From an uncultured Acidimicrobiaceae bacterium (GTDB lineage Bacteria; Actinomycetota; Acidimicrobiia; Spongiisociales; ZC4RG35): 63,439 nucleotides of DNA. The position numbers and the translations under genes are program-made. The DNA lies in NCBI GenBank assembly GCA_964645875.1, contig CAZYCX010000003.1, positions 1-63,439 on the forward strand, written 5' to 3'. Within the stretch, counting starts at the first letter, position 1. The number at the start of each line of letters is the position of its first letter. Shown piece after piece: positions 1 to 10,558 of this stretch. The notes beneath the pieces were generated by a model. The model saw only the letters and a program-made list of their open reading frames with translations, searched no databases and was not told where the DNA came from.

Positions 1-33
1 GGTCGGCGCATGGTCGGCGCATGGTGTCCCATC
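1..33 (+). repeat. Tandem 11-bp direct repeat (ggtcggcgcat x2 plus partial third unit)
   Basis: Positions 1-11 and 12-22 are identical. Positions 23-26 (ggtg) restart the unit. The window edge truncates the context. Confidence 0.8.
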
Positions 34-89
34 TGCGCCGCAATGATCGCTGTCCCCGTGGCCTTCGTGACGGGTCATACCCCAACGTC

Positions 90-114
90 GCGGGTTCAAA
101 TCTCGCCCTCGCTA
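90..114 (+). other. tRNA-like 3-prime fragment (T-arm plus 3-prime acceptor strand), not an intact tRNA
   Basis: gcggg-ttcaaat-ctcgc gives a 5-bp T stem with one G-U and a canonical TTCAAAT loop, followed by cctcgct + a. No complementary 5-prime acceptor strand (agcgagg) and no foldable D or anticodon arm in the ~90 nt upstream. Confidence 0.35.
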
Positions 115-308
115 CAAGCGAAAGCATCGATCTGTGGTAGATCGTTTTTTTCGATCGGTAGGAACTGACGGATTCCGTCAGCCAGAATCTTACGGTTGTC
201 AGCGAGCAACGCTAAGTGGTACGCGGAGAGGACGTCGTGGCCCGTTGGGCCATTCCGCTAAGAGTTCTTTGTTGATCAAAGACTCGTACGCCCAGTGGAG
301 ATCGCGAA

Positions 309-596
309 TTGTCGTCTCGAGGCTGTCAGCCTCTTCACGAAAACCATCTGACCCAGATCGCGGGAGTTCCGGAGGACCATCCGGCGGTGCTCGTCGCCTC
401 AGAGCTGGCCACAAACGCGGTGAAACACGCCAGAACCCGCTTTGAAGTGTCCATCACCGCACAGGAGTCGATCCGCATGACCGATCCCGTTGAGCACGGG
501 TTCGGAATGCGAATCGTTGCACAGCTCAGCGACCGCTGGGGTACAGACCAGATCGAGGGAGACGGCGAGATCGTCTGGGCTGAAGTCCAGCCCTAA
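309..596 (+). pseudogene. Truncated HATPase_c / RsbW-like anti-sigma serine-kinase fragment
   Basis: LVASELATNAVKHA...FGMRIVAQLSDRWG...IVWAEV matches the N-box-to-C-terminus layout of RsbW-type ATPases. The frame is closed by a stop at 273-275, so at most ~106 aa are possible against ~130-140 expected. Confidence 0.5.
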
Positions 597-767
597 ACAC
601 CGGGACCCACTCAGAGCCCATCGACGGTCGACTTTGAAGCGACCGAGGAGTCCCGATCAATCCTTGGCGATGCCCGCCCGGCAGCTCATAAACCTGCGCC
701 AGCCCGGTCCCGGTCAACTCCTCCGACTCTATGACCTGACCCCAAGCTTGCTCCCACTCCCGCCGCC

Positions 768-912
768 GGCGTAAGTGTCTACATTCTCGATCCGGTTAAC
801 CGGCCTAGCCACATCCTGACCAAACTGGGCCTGGCGCGATCGCACCCAAGCGGTGGTGCTCGCCTACGAGTCGGGACTCGTCGAACCGCCAGGGGGGAGA
901 GAAAGCCAATAG
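768..912 (+). pseudogene. LuxR-type HTH C-terminal relic with a frameshift
   Basis: One frame reads ...VSVYILDPVNRPSHILTKLGL up to ~833. After one extra g at 834, another frame continues RDRTQAVVLAYESGLVEP... to TAG 910-912. Joined, this gives the canonical LuxR recognition-helix tail (KLG[LV]RDRTQAV..A...GL). No N-terminal domain is present. Confidence 0.45.
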
Positions 913-998
913 CCTCGAGCTCGCCTGAGAGGCTCTCTCTGGCCGCAATGACTGGTCGACGGTGCGGATCAGAGGGCTCGCCGCGGATGGGTCAGCCC

Positions 999-3900
999 TC
1001 AGGCGGCGAGTGCCTCGATCTGTCGCAGAATCACCATGAAGTACGCCAGATCGTGGTCCGTGTCTGATTCGAGCGACTGCGTGAGCCGGAGGACACGCTT
1101 CAGCCCATGTGCGTGTGCCGCCAAGAACGAGTCCACCGCTTCGTCTCCCGACTCGCTCTCGGTTGCCTCGCTCAGGACACGCTCCGCCAGTCGTCGTTGC
1201 GCGCGGATCATGTCGTCTTCGATGTCTTCCCGCGCCCACCGATGCCATCGGTCGCTCATCGTGGCCCCGTTCAGGATTCTTCCGAGGGCGTCGAGCCGGA
1301 CGGCCTGGCTCATCGAGAAGAAGACCCGACCTACCTCTCCCACCGGTCGGTCCGACTGCCTGGCGACCTCGATGATTCCCGGAGCGTGGATCAGGTCGGG
1401 CAGGAGGGCGAGACGCTTCGCCATGGGGGCAGCGAACCCGGCGGCGACGTAGCGCTCGGTGCGGACATCCCGTTCCAGTGCCCAGTTGGGTGGTCCCAGC
1501 TCAGATCCGGAATCTTCGAGGACGCCGAATCCCTCGGAGAGCGCGGCGACGGCCGCGGCGTCGGGCATCTCGGAGCGCCTCACGTAGGAGCGGGTCAGAT
1601 CGGCCACCAGCTTGTCGTTGTCGTTGATCGCGTCTGACCATGCAGTGGCGTCGACCCGCCCGAAGGCTTGCTCGATCTGGCTCCTTCGTTGCACACCGCC
1701 AGAGATCTCACGTGCGATGCGGTAGGCGCGCACGATGTCCGGGACACTCGCACCGGTGCGTCCCGACAGCTGAGAGACGAAGTCAGAGCCTTGCGAGTCG
1801 ATCAGCTCGTTGGCGACGACGGTGGCGGCGAGCCGGCGCAGGAGCGGATGCTCGGCGATGAGGTCTTCGAACCGGGCGGCAACCTCGCCGGGGAAGTAGT
1901 CGACGACGTCTCGCACCAATTCGTACGGATCCGACTGGTTCGTGGTGAGAAGAGTGTCCACGAGGCTCCGCTTGGCGTAGGCGAGAATGACACCCAGTTC
2001 GGGACGGCACAGGCCCCTTTCGGAGCGCGCCCGCTCCGTCATCTCCTCCGATCTCGGCAGGCTCTCCAGCTCCCGATCCAGGAGGCCATCGTCTTCGAGG
2101 TCCGACATCAGCTGCTCATAGGAGTCGAGACGATTCACCGAGGTGCCCTCCTCCAGTGCCAGCCTGTGGGCTTGGGCCAGGCTGTCGTCGAGAATTCGAT
2201 CCACGACGTCGTCCACGACCCGGTCGAACAAGTCTTGGGACTCGTCGCGAGAGGTGAGCCCACGTCGACGAGCCACACCAAACAGGATCTTCAGGTTCAC
2301 CTCACGATCCGAGCAGTTGACGCCACCGGAGTTGTCGATGAAATCGGTGTTGATCTTTCCCCCCGACCATGCGTACTCGATCCGGCCCCGCTGGGTGAGG
2401 CCGAGATTGCCTCCCTCCACGACCACGCGGCAGCGCAGATCCGATCCGTTGACCCTCACGTTGTCGTTGGTGCGGTCTCCGGCATCTGCATTCGACTCGG
2501 CAACCGCCTTCACATAGGTGCCGATCCCTCCGTTCCAGAGGACGTCTACCGGGGCGCGCAGGATGATCCGAATCAGATCTGCTGGTGTCACGGTGTCTGC
2601 TTCCGTACCGAGAGCATCTTTCGCCTGGGGCGTGAGTGAGATCTTCTTCGCAGAGCGGGAATGGACGCCTCCTCCCTCGGAGATGAGCTTTGGGTCGTAG
2701 TCCGCCCAAGTCGAGAACGGTTGCTCGAAGAGTCGCTTTCTCTCGGCGAACGAAATCGCCGGGTCGGGGGCGGGGTCGATGAAGACATGACGATGATCGA
2801 ATGCAGCCACCAGCCGGAGCTTCGGCGAGCCGAGCATCCCGTTGCCGAACACGTCACCCGACATGTCACCGATCCCCGCCACGGTGAACGTGTCCCGATG
2901 GGGGTCGATGCCCAATTCGGTCAGATGACGCTCGAGAGACTTCCACGCTCCGCGTGCGGTGATGCCCAGCGCCTTGTGGTCGTAGCCGGTGGAGCCACCC
3001 GAAGCGAAGGCGTCATCGAGCCAGTAGTCGTATTCCTGGGCGATGTGGTTGGCGGTGTCTGAGAAGGTGGCGGTCCCCTTGTCGGCCGCCACGACCAGAT
3101 AGGGGTCATCGTCGTCGTGCACCCGCACCCCGTCGGGGTGGACGACCCTCCCGTCGAGGAGGTTGTCGGTGACGTCGAGGAGTCCCCTTATGAAGGTGGA
3201 GTAGGCGGCGGCTACCTCACGACGGGTGTCGTCGGGATCGGTCGGCGGCCGCCGCAAGACGAATCCGCCCTTGGCGCCGGTCGGCACGATCACCGAGTTC
3301 TTCGTGATCTGTGCCTTCAGCAGGCCGAGTACTTCCGTCCGGTAGTCCTCACGTCGATCCGACCAACGGATCCCACCTCTCGCTACCGGCCCGGCGCGGA
3401 GGTGGATGCCTTCCACGTCCCTGCCCAGCACGAAGACTTCTGCGAATGGTCGCGGCGCCGGCATGTCGGGAACGCCGGGTGACCGCAGCTTGAAAGAGAG
3501 CGCTGTCCTGTCGCTCCGGTAGACGTTGGTGCGGTCAGTTGCCTCGATCAATTGCAGGACGCCGCGCAGGATGCGGTCCTGATCGAGCGATGGGACGTCG
3601 TCGAGGAGCCCGAGCAGCTCATACCTGGCCGCTTCGTAGCCGGAGTCGTCGGCATCGGGCTCGAAGCGCATCTCGAAGAGGTCGATGAGACGCTCCGCGA
3701 TGTCGGGGTGACTGGCCAGCGTCTCGTTGACGTAGTTGATGGTGAAGGCCGGCCGGACCCGCCGCCAATAGATGAGGTAGGCACGGAGAATGGCCACTTG
3801 TGCGTGGTCGAGGCCACTCAGCAGGACCAGACGGTTGAGGGAGTCGGTTTCGGTTTCGCCGGACCAAACCGCGGTCAATGCTTCCGTCAATCGGTGACCC

Positions 3901-5867
3901 GACTCCTCGAGGTCGATGAGCTCGTCGTCCGGGCCGAGGACACCGAAGTCATGGACGAAGACGTCCTCTTCACCCAATAGGCTGGTGGGGACCTCCTCGA
4001 CGACCCGGAGACCCATGTCCTCCAGTGCCGGCATGAGTGCGGTCAGGTCTCTCTTGCCCTGGCCGTACAGAGTGACGCGGGTGAGTCTGGTGGAGTCCAC
4101 CGACTCGTTCTGGACTCCAACGATGAAGGGTCGATCTGCACCGGTCATCTCCTCGAGTCGCTCGATGTCACCGACAGCAACCGCCAACTCGGTAGAAGAG
4201 GTGTAGTAGGCGGGGAACCGGGACCCCCAGTGATGGACCATCTCACGGGCCTTGGTCAGACCATGGCGTTCCGACAGCACTTCGGTGAGGCGTTCGGCCC
4301 AAGAGCGGGTGATCTCCCGAACGTCGGCTTCGAGCTCGTCGTATGCGACCTCGGGGACCTGGCCCTCCTCGACCCAAACCTTGTAGTGGAGGTAGGCGAG
4401 ATCGTCCGCCTCGAGAGTCAGGTTGAAGTCCACCGACTTCCCGCTGAATTGCTCCAGGAAGAGGTCCTCGAGACGCTTGGCGAGCATCGTCGAGTAACGG
4501 TCCGACGGGATGGCAACCAGCAGCCTGGCGCTGCGGTCGAGCAGATCTCGCCTCATGAACAACTTCACCCTCGCTCGCTCCCGAAGGTCGAGGAGCCCCA
4601 TCAGCAGCGGTCGCAGGTCTTCCACCGGCACACCGAATAGGTCGTCTTTGGGGAAGCTCTCGAACAAGGAGACGATCTCTTTGTGGTCGTGGGACCCTTC
4701 GATGAGATCTTCCATCTCGGCCAACTCGTCGAGTTTGCGACGCAGGACCGGGGTGCGTGCGGACCTCTCCATGTAGGCCTTCGACGTGAACAGGCCGATC
4801 AAGCGGGCCTCGCCAACCGTCCGGCCGTCCGGTGCCACGATGCGGACGCCGACGTAGTCCATCCGAGCCCTTCGGTGGACCGTCGCCACCTCGTTGGTCT
4901 TGGAGATGACGAGAAGGTCACCGCTCTCGTATCTGGCGGCGAGTGGCGGCGGGAGGGACGAGAGCAGGGTGGGTGAAGCGGCCTTCGACTTCGTGGAGTC
5001 GGAGAGGATCCCGAGGCCCGATTCGGCGACGGATCGGATGGCACTTCCCTCGGGGAGCTCGAGAATCTCGTACTCGCGGTACCCCAAGAAGACGAAGTTG
5101 TCCTCCCGCAGCCACTCGAGGAATGCGACCGCCTCGTCGATCTCTCCCGGCGGATAATTGCCTCGACCACGTCTGACCAGTTCGATCATTCGAGGGAGCA
5201 TGCCGACCATGCGGTCGAAGTCGCCGACCGCGGCCTGCACGTCGGCGAGCACTTGCACCAACTTTGTCTGCAGATCGGAGAGATCGGCGTCGGGAAGACG
5301 CCTATCGAGCACCCAATGTTGTATCGACTCCCGGAGGTCGGAGGCACGTGCCGCACGGATATCGGTGATTCGACCTCCATCGTCACGTTGGATTCCGAGA
5401 ACGGGGTGGAGCACGCGAGCCACTTCGAGGCCGCGGGCCTGAAGTTCGCTGCCGATGGAATCGACTAGGAATGGGCTGTCGTCGACGTGAACCTCGACCA
5501 CGGTCCCGGAAGGCTCGGCCCTTGGGTTGTCGTCGGGAGGGTTGAAGGCCCGTACCGCAATCGGAGCCGAGCGACTCTCGATGAAGTCGTAGAGACCGGT
5601 GACCTCCTCGAAGAGGTCGTCGACCGACACCGTTGGATGCGGCGGTAGCCGCCTCAGGTAGCTTCTGGCGAAGAGGGAAACCAGGTCCGAGCGATCATCC
5701 GGATGATCTCTGATGCGTGCGACCACTGCTTCTACGAGTTGGTCCTCGCCTGTCGACGTCTCCGAATCCCCGCGAGCCATATCGGTCAACGTCTCATCGG
5801 CAGGTTGAGATGCTGGGATGACTCCACCACGTCCCAATACGTCTCGACGTGTGTCATGTCCAACCAC
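999..5867 (-). CDS. gdh: Large (~180 kDa class) NAD-specific glutamate dehydrogenase
   Basis: 1622-aa ORF with the Bac_GDH catalytic core (GGIRWSDRREDYRTEVLGLLKAQITKNSVIVPTGAKGGFV; GTATFSDTAN; GGSTGYDHK). The true start may be an internal Met (MARGDS...). Confidence 0.93.
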   Translation of the reverse strand: MVGHDTRRDVLGRGGVIPASQPADETLTDMARGDSETSTGEDQLVEAVVARIRDHPDDRSDLVSLFARSYLRRLPPHPTVSVDDLFEEVTGLYDFIESRSAPIAVRAFNPPDDNPRAEPSGTVVEVHVDDSPFLVDSIGSELQARGLEVARVLHPVLGIQRDDGGRITDIRAARASDLRESIQHWVLDRRLPDADLSDLQTKLVQVLADVQAAVGDFDRMVGMLPRMIELVRRGRGNYPPGEIDEAVAFLEWLREDNFVFLGYREYEILELPEGSAIRSVAESGLGILSDSTKSKAASPTLLSSLPPPLAARYESGDLLVISKTNEVATVHRRARMDYVGVRIVAPDGRTVGEARLIGLFTSKAYMERSARTPVLRRKLDELAEMEDLIEGSHDHKEIVSLFESFPKDDLFGVPVEDLRPLLMGLLDLRERARVKLFMRRDLLDRSARLLVAIPSDRYSTMLAKRLEDLFLEQFSGKSVDFNLTLEADDLAYLHYKVWVEEGQVPEVAYDELEADVREITRSWAERLTEVLSERHGLTKAREMVHHWGSRFPAYYTSSTELAVAVGDIERLEEMTGADRPFIVGVQNESVDSTRLTRVTLYGQGKRDLTALMPALEDMGLRVVEEVPTSLLGEEDVFVHDFGVLGPDDELIDLEESGHRLTEALTAVWSGETETDSLNRLVLLSGLDHAQVAILRAYLIYWRRVRPAFTINYVNETLASHPDIAERLIDLFEMRFEPDADDSGYEAARYELLGLLDDVPSLDQDRILRGVLQLIEATDRTNVYRSDRTALSFKLRSPGVPDMPAPRPFAEVFVLGRDVEGIHLRAGPVARGGIRWSDRREDYRTEVLGLLKAQITKNSVIVPTGAKGGFVLRRPPTDPDDTRREVAAAYSTFIRGLLDVTDNLLDGRVVHPDGVRVHDDDDPYLVVAADKGTATFSDTANHIAQEYDYWLDDAFASGGSTGYDHKALGITARGAWKSLERHLTELGIDPHRDTFTVAGIGDMSGDVFGNGMLGSPKLRLVAAFDHRHVFIDPAPDPAISFAERKRLFEQPFSTWADYDPKLISEGGGVHSRSAKKISLTPQAKDALGTEADTVTPADLIRIILRAPVDVLWNGGIGTYVKAVAESNADAGDRTNDNVRVNGSDLRCRVVVEGGNLGLTQRGRIEYAWSGGKINTDFIDNSGGVNCSDREVNLKILFGVARRRGLTSRDESQDLFDRVVDDVVDRILDDSLAQAHRLALEEGTSVNRLDSYEQLMSDLEDDGLLDRELESLPRSEEMTERARSERGLCRPELGVILAYAKRSLVDTLLTTNQSDPYELVRDVVDYFPGEVAARFEDLIAEHPLLRRLAATVVANELIDSQGSDFVSQLSGRTGASVPDIVRAYRIAREISGGVQRRSQIEQAFGRVDATAWSDAINDNDKLVADLTRSYVRRSEMPDAAAVAALSEGFGVLEDSGSELGPPNWALERDVRTERYVAAGFAAPMAKRLALLPDLIHAPGIIEVARQSDRPVGEVGRVFFSMSQAVRLDALGRILNGATMSDRWHRWAREDIEDDMIRAQRRLAERVLSEATESESGDEAVDSFLAAHAHGLKRVLRLTQSLESDTDHDLAYFMVILRQIEALAA

Positions 5868-6138
5868 AGTATTGCGGGTTCTCGAGGATGCGCCGGTAGA
5901 AGTCGCCCGACGCGGCGGTAGCCTCGCCTCCCAGATGGGGGCGGGGGCGGGGATCTCGGCTCAGAGAACGAGCTGACTCAACCAGCCCAGGTATTGCTCG
6001 GATCCCACGAGGTCGTCGAACTCGACGGCAGTCGGAAAGGACGTGTAGCGGGGGCCAGGGCAGTCGTGACGGGCGAGCGGTTCGGCGTCGATCCCCAATG
6101 AAGCGGGATGTGTCACGGTTTCGAAAGTACGCGTGGTC

Positions 6139-6161
6139 GCATCCGACAGTGAGTCGGATGC
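6139..6161 (-). terminator. Perfect 9-bp hairpin downstream of the small Cys-rich ORF
   Basis: gcatccgac-agtga-gtcggatgc lies ~30 nt after the stop at 6191. On the minus strand it is followed by a weakly T-rich tract (cgtactttcga). Confidence 0.4.
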
Positions 6162-6190
6162 ATTTCAGCCAGCAGGGTCGGTCGGGATGG

Positions 6191-6424
6191 TCAGTTGAGG
6201 CGCCTCGGCGCTGCTGAATCGATCCGATCTCCCGCCACGATTGAGGTGGGGGCGGGGCCCGTCTCCGCCGTCTCGCCGTCACAGCACTCGGCCTGGTTGA
6301 CGCCGAACATCGGGCAGGACCCGTCGAGGCAAGCGGCATGACCGTGGACGTATCCCATCGCGCTTCGACACCAGGCGCACACCATGGGCTCACCGTAAAC
6401 AGCGATGGGCGGGGAACGGCGCAT
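6191..6424 (-). CDS. Small Cys/His-rich hypothetical protein (77 aa)
   Basis: VCAWCRSAMGYVHGHAACLDGSCPMFGVNQAECCDGE contains 7 Cys and 2 His. GC3-rich codons. Divergent from the NuoF-like gene, with a hairpin just downstream. No family recognised. Confidence 0.45.
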   Translation of the reverse strand: MRRSPPIAVYGEPMVCAWCRSAMGYVHGHAACLDGSCPMFGVNQAECCDGETAETGPAPTSIVAGDRIDSAAPRRLN

Positions 6425-6480
6425 CCCGACCGCTCTGTTTGGATCAGCCGCTCTCCACCCTCGGCTAGCGTCGATGCAGC

Positions 6481-7848
6481 GTGGGACCCATGAGCGAAGC
6501 CGGATATCTGCTGCCAGAGTCGCCCTTCGAGAGCCTGGACGACTACCGGTCGAGCGGTGGGGGAGACGGCATCGCCGAGGCCGTACGCATCGGGCCCGCC
6601 CCCATCATCGACAGGGTGACCGAGGCCCGGCTCAGGGGCCGGGGCGGTGCGGGGTTCCCGACCGGGATCAAATGGTCCGGCGTTGCGTCGGCCCATCCCG
6701 ACCAGCGCCGGTTCGTGGTGTGCAACGCCGCCGAGGGAGAGCCCGGCACCTTCAAGGACCGGACCCTCATCCGCGCCAACCCGTATCAGGTTCTGGAGGG
6801 TTTGGCGATCGCCGCTTTCGCCGTCGGTGCCGAAGAGGCCTTTGTGGGTATCAAGCAGAAGTACGCAGTCGAGGTCGACCGGCTGGAGTCGGCTGCCGGC
6901 GAGATGGACGACGCCGGGCTCCTCGGTGAGATTCCGATCCGTCTCGTCACCGGGCCCGACGACTACCTCCTCGGGGAGGAGAAGGGTTTGCTGGAGGCGA
7001 TCGAGGGTCGCCAGCCGTTGCCGCGATGGCTGCCTCCCTATGTGGTGGGTCTCTACGTAGCCGAGACAAGCGGGGTTGGCGCCGCCACCAGCGGCTGGGA
7101 CGACCAGTACAACCCGACCGTGGTCAACAACGTGGAGACGCTGGCTCACGTGCCTCCACTCCTCGCCCGCGGCGCCGAATGGTTTCGCTCGCACGGCACC
7201 GAAGACACGCCGGGGACCGTGCTCTTCACGGTCTGCGGTGACGTTCTTCGCGAGACGGTGGTGGAGCTGGCAGCCGGGACTCCTCTGGCGGTCCTGGTCT
7301 ACGGGATCGGGGGAGGTTTGGGCGCCGGGAGAAAGGTGTCGGCGGTGTTCCCGGGTGCATCCAACGCTCCGATGCCCGCCCGGTTGCTCGACACTCCGAT
7401 GGACTACGGATCGATGGCCGCGGTGGGCTCGGGCATGGGGTCGGGAGGGATGATCGTATACGACGACACCGCCTGCATTCTCGATGCCGCGGCTCAGTTG
7501 TCCCGGTTCCTCGCCGTGGAGTCCTGTGGCCAATGCCCACCCTGCAAGCTGGGAACCGGCGCACTGACCGACCTGCTCGTCGAGCTCGAATCGGGCCGGG
7601 CCGGGCCCCACAACGTCGAAGAGATCGTCGGCTGGGCACAGCGGGTCACCGATGCGAACCGCTGCGGTCTGGGAGCCGGTGAGCGCTCCCTGATCACCGG
7701 CTTGCTCTCCAACTTTCCGGAGGTGGTCTCGGCTCACCTGGACCAGGGGTGCGCAAGCGAGCGGACCCTCGTGCTGTCCAAGATCGTGGATCATGAGGGC
7801 GACCGGTTTCTCTACGACGAGACCTACTTCGATTGGAGGCAGCCGTGA
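6481..7848 (+). CDS. NuoF-like NADH dehydrogenase 51-kDa-subunit family protein (FMN/NADH site plus 4Fe-4S), orphan
   Basis: LRGRGGAGFPTGIKW, VVCNAAEGEPGTFKDR, ESCGQCPPCKLGT...RCGLG. No nuoE or nuoG neighbours. Confidence 0.88.
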   Translation: MGPMSEAGYLLPESPFESLDDYRSSGGGDGIAEAVRIGPAPIIDRVTEARLRGRGGAGFPTGIKWSGVASAHPDQRRFVVCNAAEGEPGTFKDRTLIRANPYQVLEGLAIAAFAVGAEEAFVGIKQKYAVEVDRLESAAGEMDDAGLLGEIPIRLVTGPDDYLLGEEKGLLEAIEGRQPLPRWLPPYVVGLYVAETSGVGAATSGWDDQYNPTVVNNVETLAHVPPLLARGAEWFRSHGTEDTPGTVLFTVCGDVLRETVVELAAGTPLAVLVYGIGGGLGAGRKVSAVFPGASNAPMPARLLDTPMDYGSMAAVGSGMGSGGMIVYDDTACILDAAAQLSRFLAVESCGQCPPCKLGTGALTDLLVELESGRAGPHNVEEIVGWAQRVTDANRCGLGAGERSLITGLLSNFPEVVSAHLDQGCASERTLVLSKIVDHEGDRFLYDETYFDWRQP

Positions 7849-8165
7849 ACGCCACGGGTCACATGGCGTCAGCCCACCGGCCCGGGACGCTTGCGGCCGC
7901 GCGCCCCGAGCCTCGTCTGGTCATGTTGGCTCGCAGAACGATCGACGAGGGAGACGATGTCGCTGCCGCGGCTCGCATCATCGCGAACGAGGCGTCGGGC
8001 CCCGAAGAGATCAAACAAGCCGGCATCTACTTCCAGCAGCGGATGGGAAAGGTCCGGGCTGGAGACGACGGATACCGTTCGAACCGGGTGCAGATGGCGC
8101 TGGAAGCTGCCTATTCCGTTCTCCGCTCCCAGCCCGACAGCACCACGACAGACTCGACCCCATAG
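7845..8165 (+). CDS. Hypothetical protein, translationally coupled to the NuoF-like gene
   Basis: GTG 7845 overlaps the TGA 7846-7848 of the upstream gene (GTGA). The ORF track opens at TTG 7833 in the same frame. No recognisable domain. Confidence 0.45.
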   Translation: MNATGHMASAHRPGTLAAARPEPRLVMLARRTIDEGDDVAAAARIIANEASGPEEIKQAGIYFQQRMGKVRAGDDGYRSNRVQMALEAAYSVLRSQPDSTTTDSTP

Positions 8166-8184
8166 ATGGACGAGCCGAACCGTC

Positions 8185-9825
<1,641 letters not shown>

Positions 9826-9937
9826 TCGAATCTCACCTCTGGGAAGTCGCTCTTTCTCCGATCCTATTGCGTTCGGGGACGGATTGGGTCGCGTCGGCTT
9901 TGCATGCAATTCTCCTGTCACGGAGCGCGAGGGGGCT

Positions 9938-10426
9938 CTAGTCACCCCAGAACTCGATGCGGTGTTGCTCGGGGTCGTGGATGTCGAAAACGCGCGAGTT
10001 GAACCGCTCCGACACCTCGGTAGTCTTGATTCCGAGAGTGGTGAGTCGTCTTCTCAGGTCGTCGAGGTCCTCCACCTTCAGGCTCAGGGCCATGCCTTTT
10101 CCGTCTGCCGGCGGGATGGTGGTCCGGGAGGCGTCGGCGATGCTCAGCGTCGTCCGGTCGCCGAGACGGAACTCCACGAACCACTCGTTGCAGAAGGTGA
10201 CCTCGAGGCCGAGGAGGTCGCGGTAGAACACGACGGTGGCGTCGAAGTCGGCGCAGTAGAGGATCGTGTTGATCTGAGCAGCTGTGAACACCGGGCCCGA
10301 ACCAGAGCGGTTCGTAATGCCGTCGACCGGCTCGCCGCAGTGGGGGCACACGGAGGCGTCGGGATCTTCTACGAACCTGCCACACGCCAGACACGCCGAA
10401 GATAGATGGCAAGCGGGATCACCCAT
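9938..10426 (-). CDS. Zinc-ribbon fused to a VOC (glyoxalase/bleomycin-resistance/dioxygenase) domain protein
   Basis: N-terminus CHLSSACLACGRFVEDPDASVCPHCGEP (CxxC...CxxC), followed by a VOC-like beta-alpha-beta module (ILYCADFDATVVFYRDLLGLEV...FDIHDPEQHRIEFW). Confidence 0.75.
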   Translation of the reverse strand: MGDPACHLSSACLACGRFVEDPDASVCPHCGEPVDGITNRSGSGPVFTAAQINTILYCADFDATVVFYRDLLGLEVTFCNEWFVEFRLGDRTTLSIADASRTTIPPADGKGMALSLKVEDLDDLRRRLTTLGIKTTEVSERFNSRVFDIHDPEQHRIEFWGD

Positions 10427-10476
10427 GGATTCGAGACTATTCCCCTCTCCACTCTCCGTCAGGTCCTCCAGGCCGC

Positions 10477-10527
10477 GAACTCAGGGCGCCAGACTTCGCT
10501 GAGCGGGGCTCCCAACCCTGGGTTCGG
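10477..10527 (+). repeat. Copy A of a ~50-nt intergenic repeat with 10-bp terminal inverted repeats
   Basis: gaactcagggcgccagacttcgctgagcggggctcccaaccctgggttcg. The ends GAACTCAGGG and CCCTGGGTTC pair at 10/10 positions (one G-U). About 85 percent identical to the copy at 53472-53522. Confidence 0.7.
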
Positions 10528-10558
10528 GTCACTCCGAGCTTGTTGGTAGTTTTTCCTC

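Noticed and set aside
25-114. Intact tRNA, tRNA-Sec or tmRNA at the window start
   Set aside because: Only the T-arm and the 3-prime acceptor strand are tRNA-like. No complementary 5-prime acceptor exists. The candidate anticodon stem around gtCATac pairs at only 2 of 5 positions. The acceptor lacks the GGGG/G3-U70 signature of tmRNA, and there is no UCA anticodon loop or long extra arm for tRNA-Sec.
5854-7794. 646-aa ORF on the minus strand
   Set aside because: It is antisense to the NuoF-like gene, which has clear conserved motifs. The translation is Arg/Pro/Gly-rich and low-complexity, typical of shadow ORFs in high-GC DNA, and it would also overlap the gdh start.
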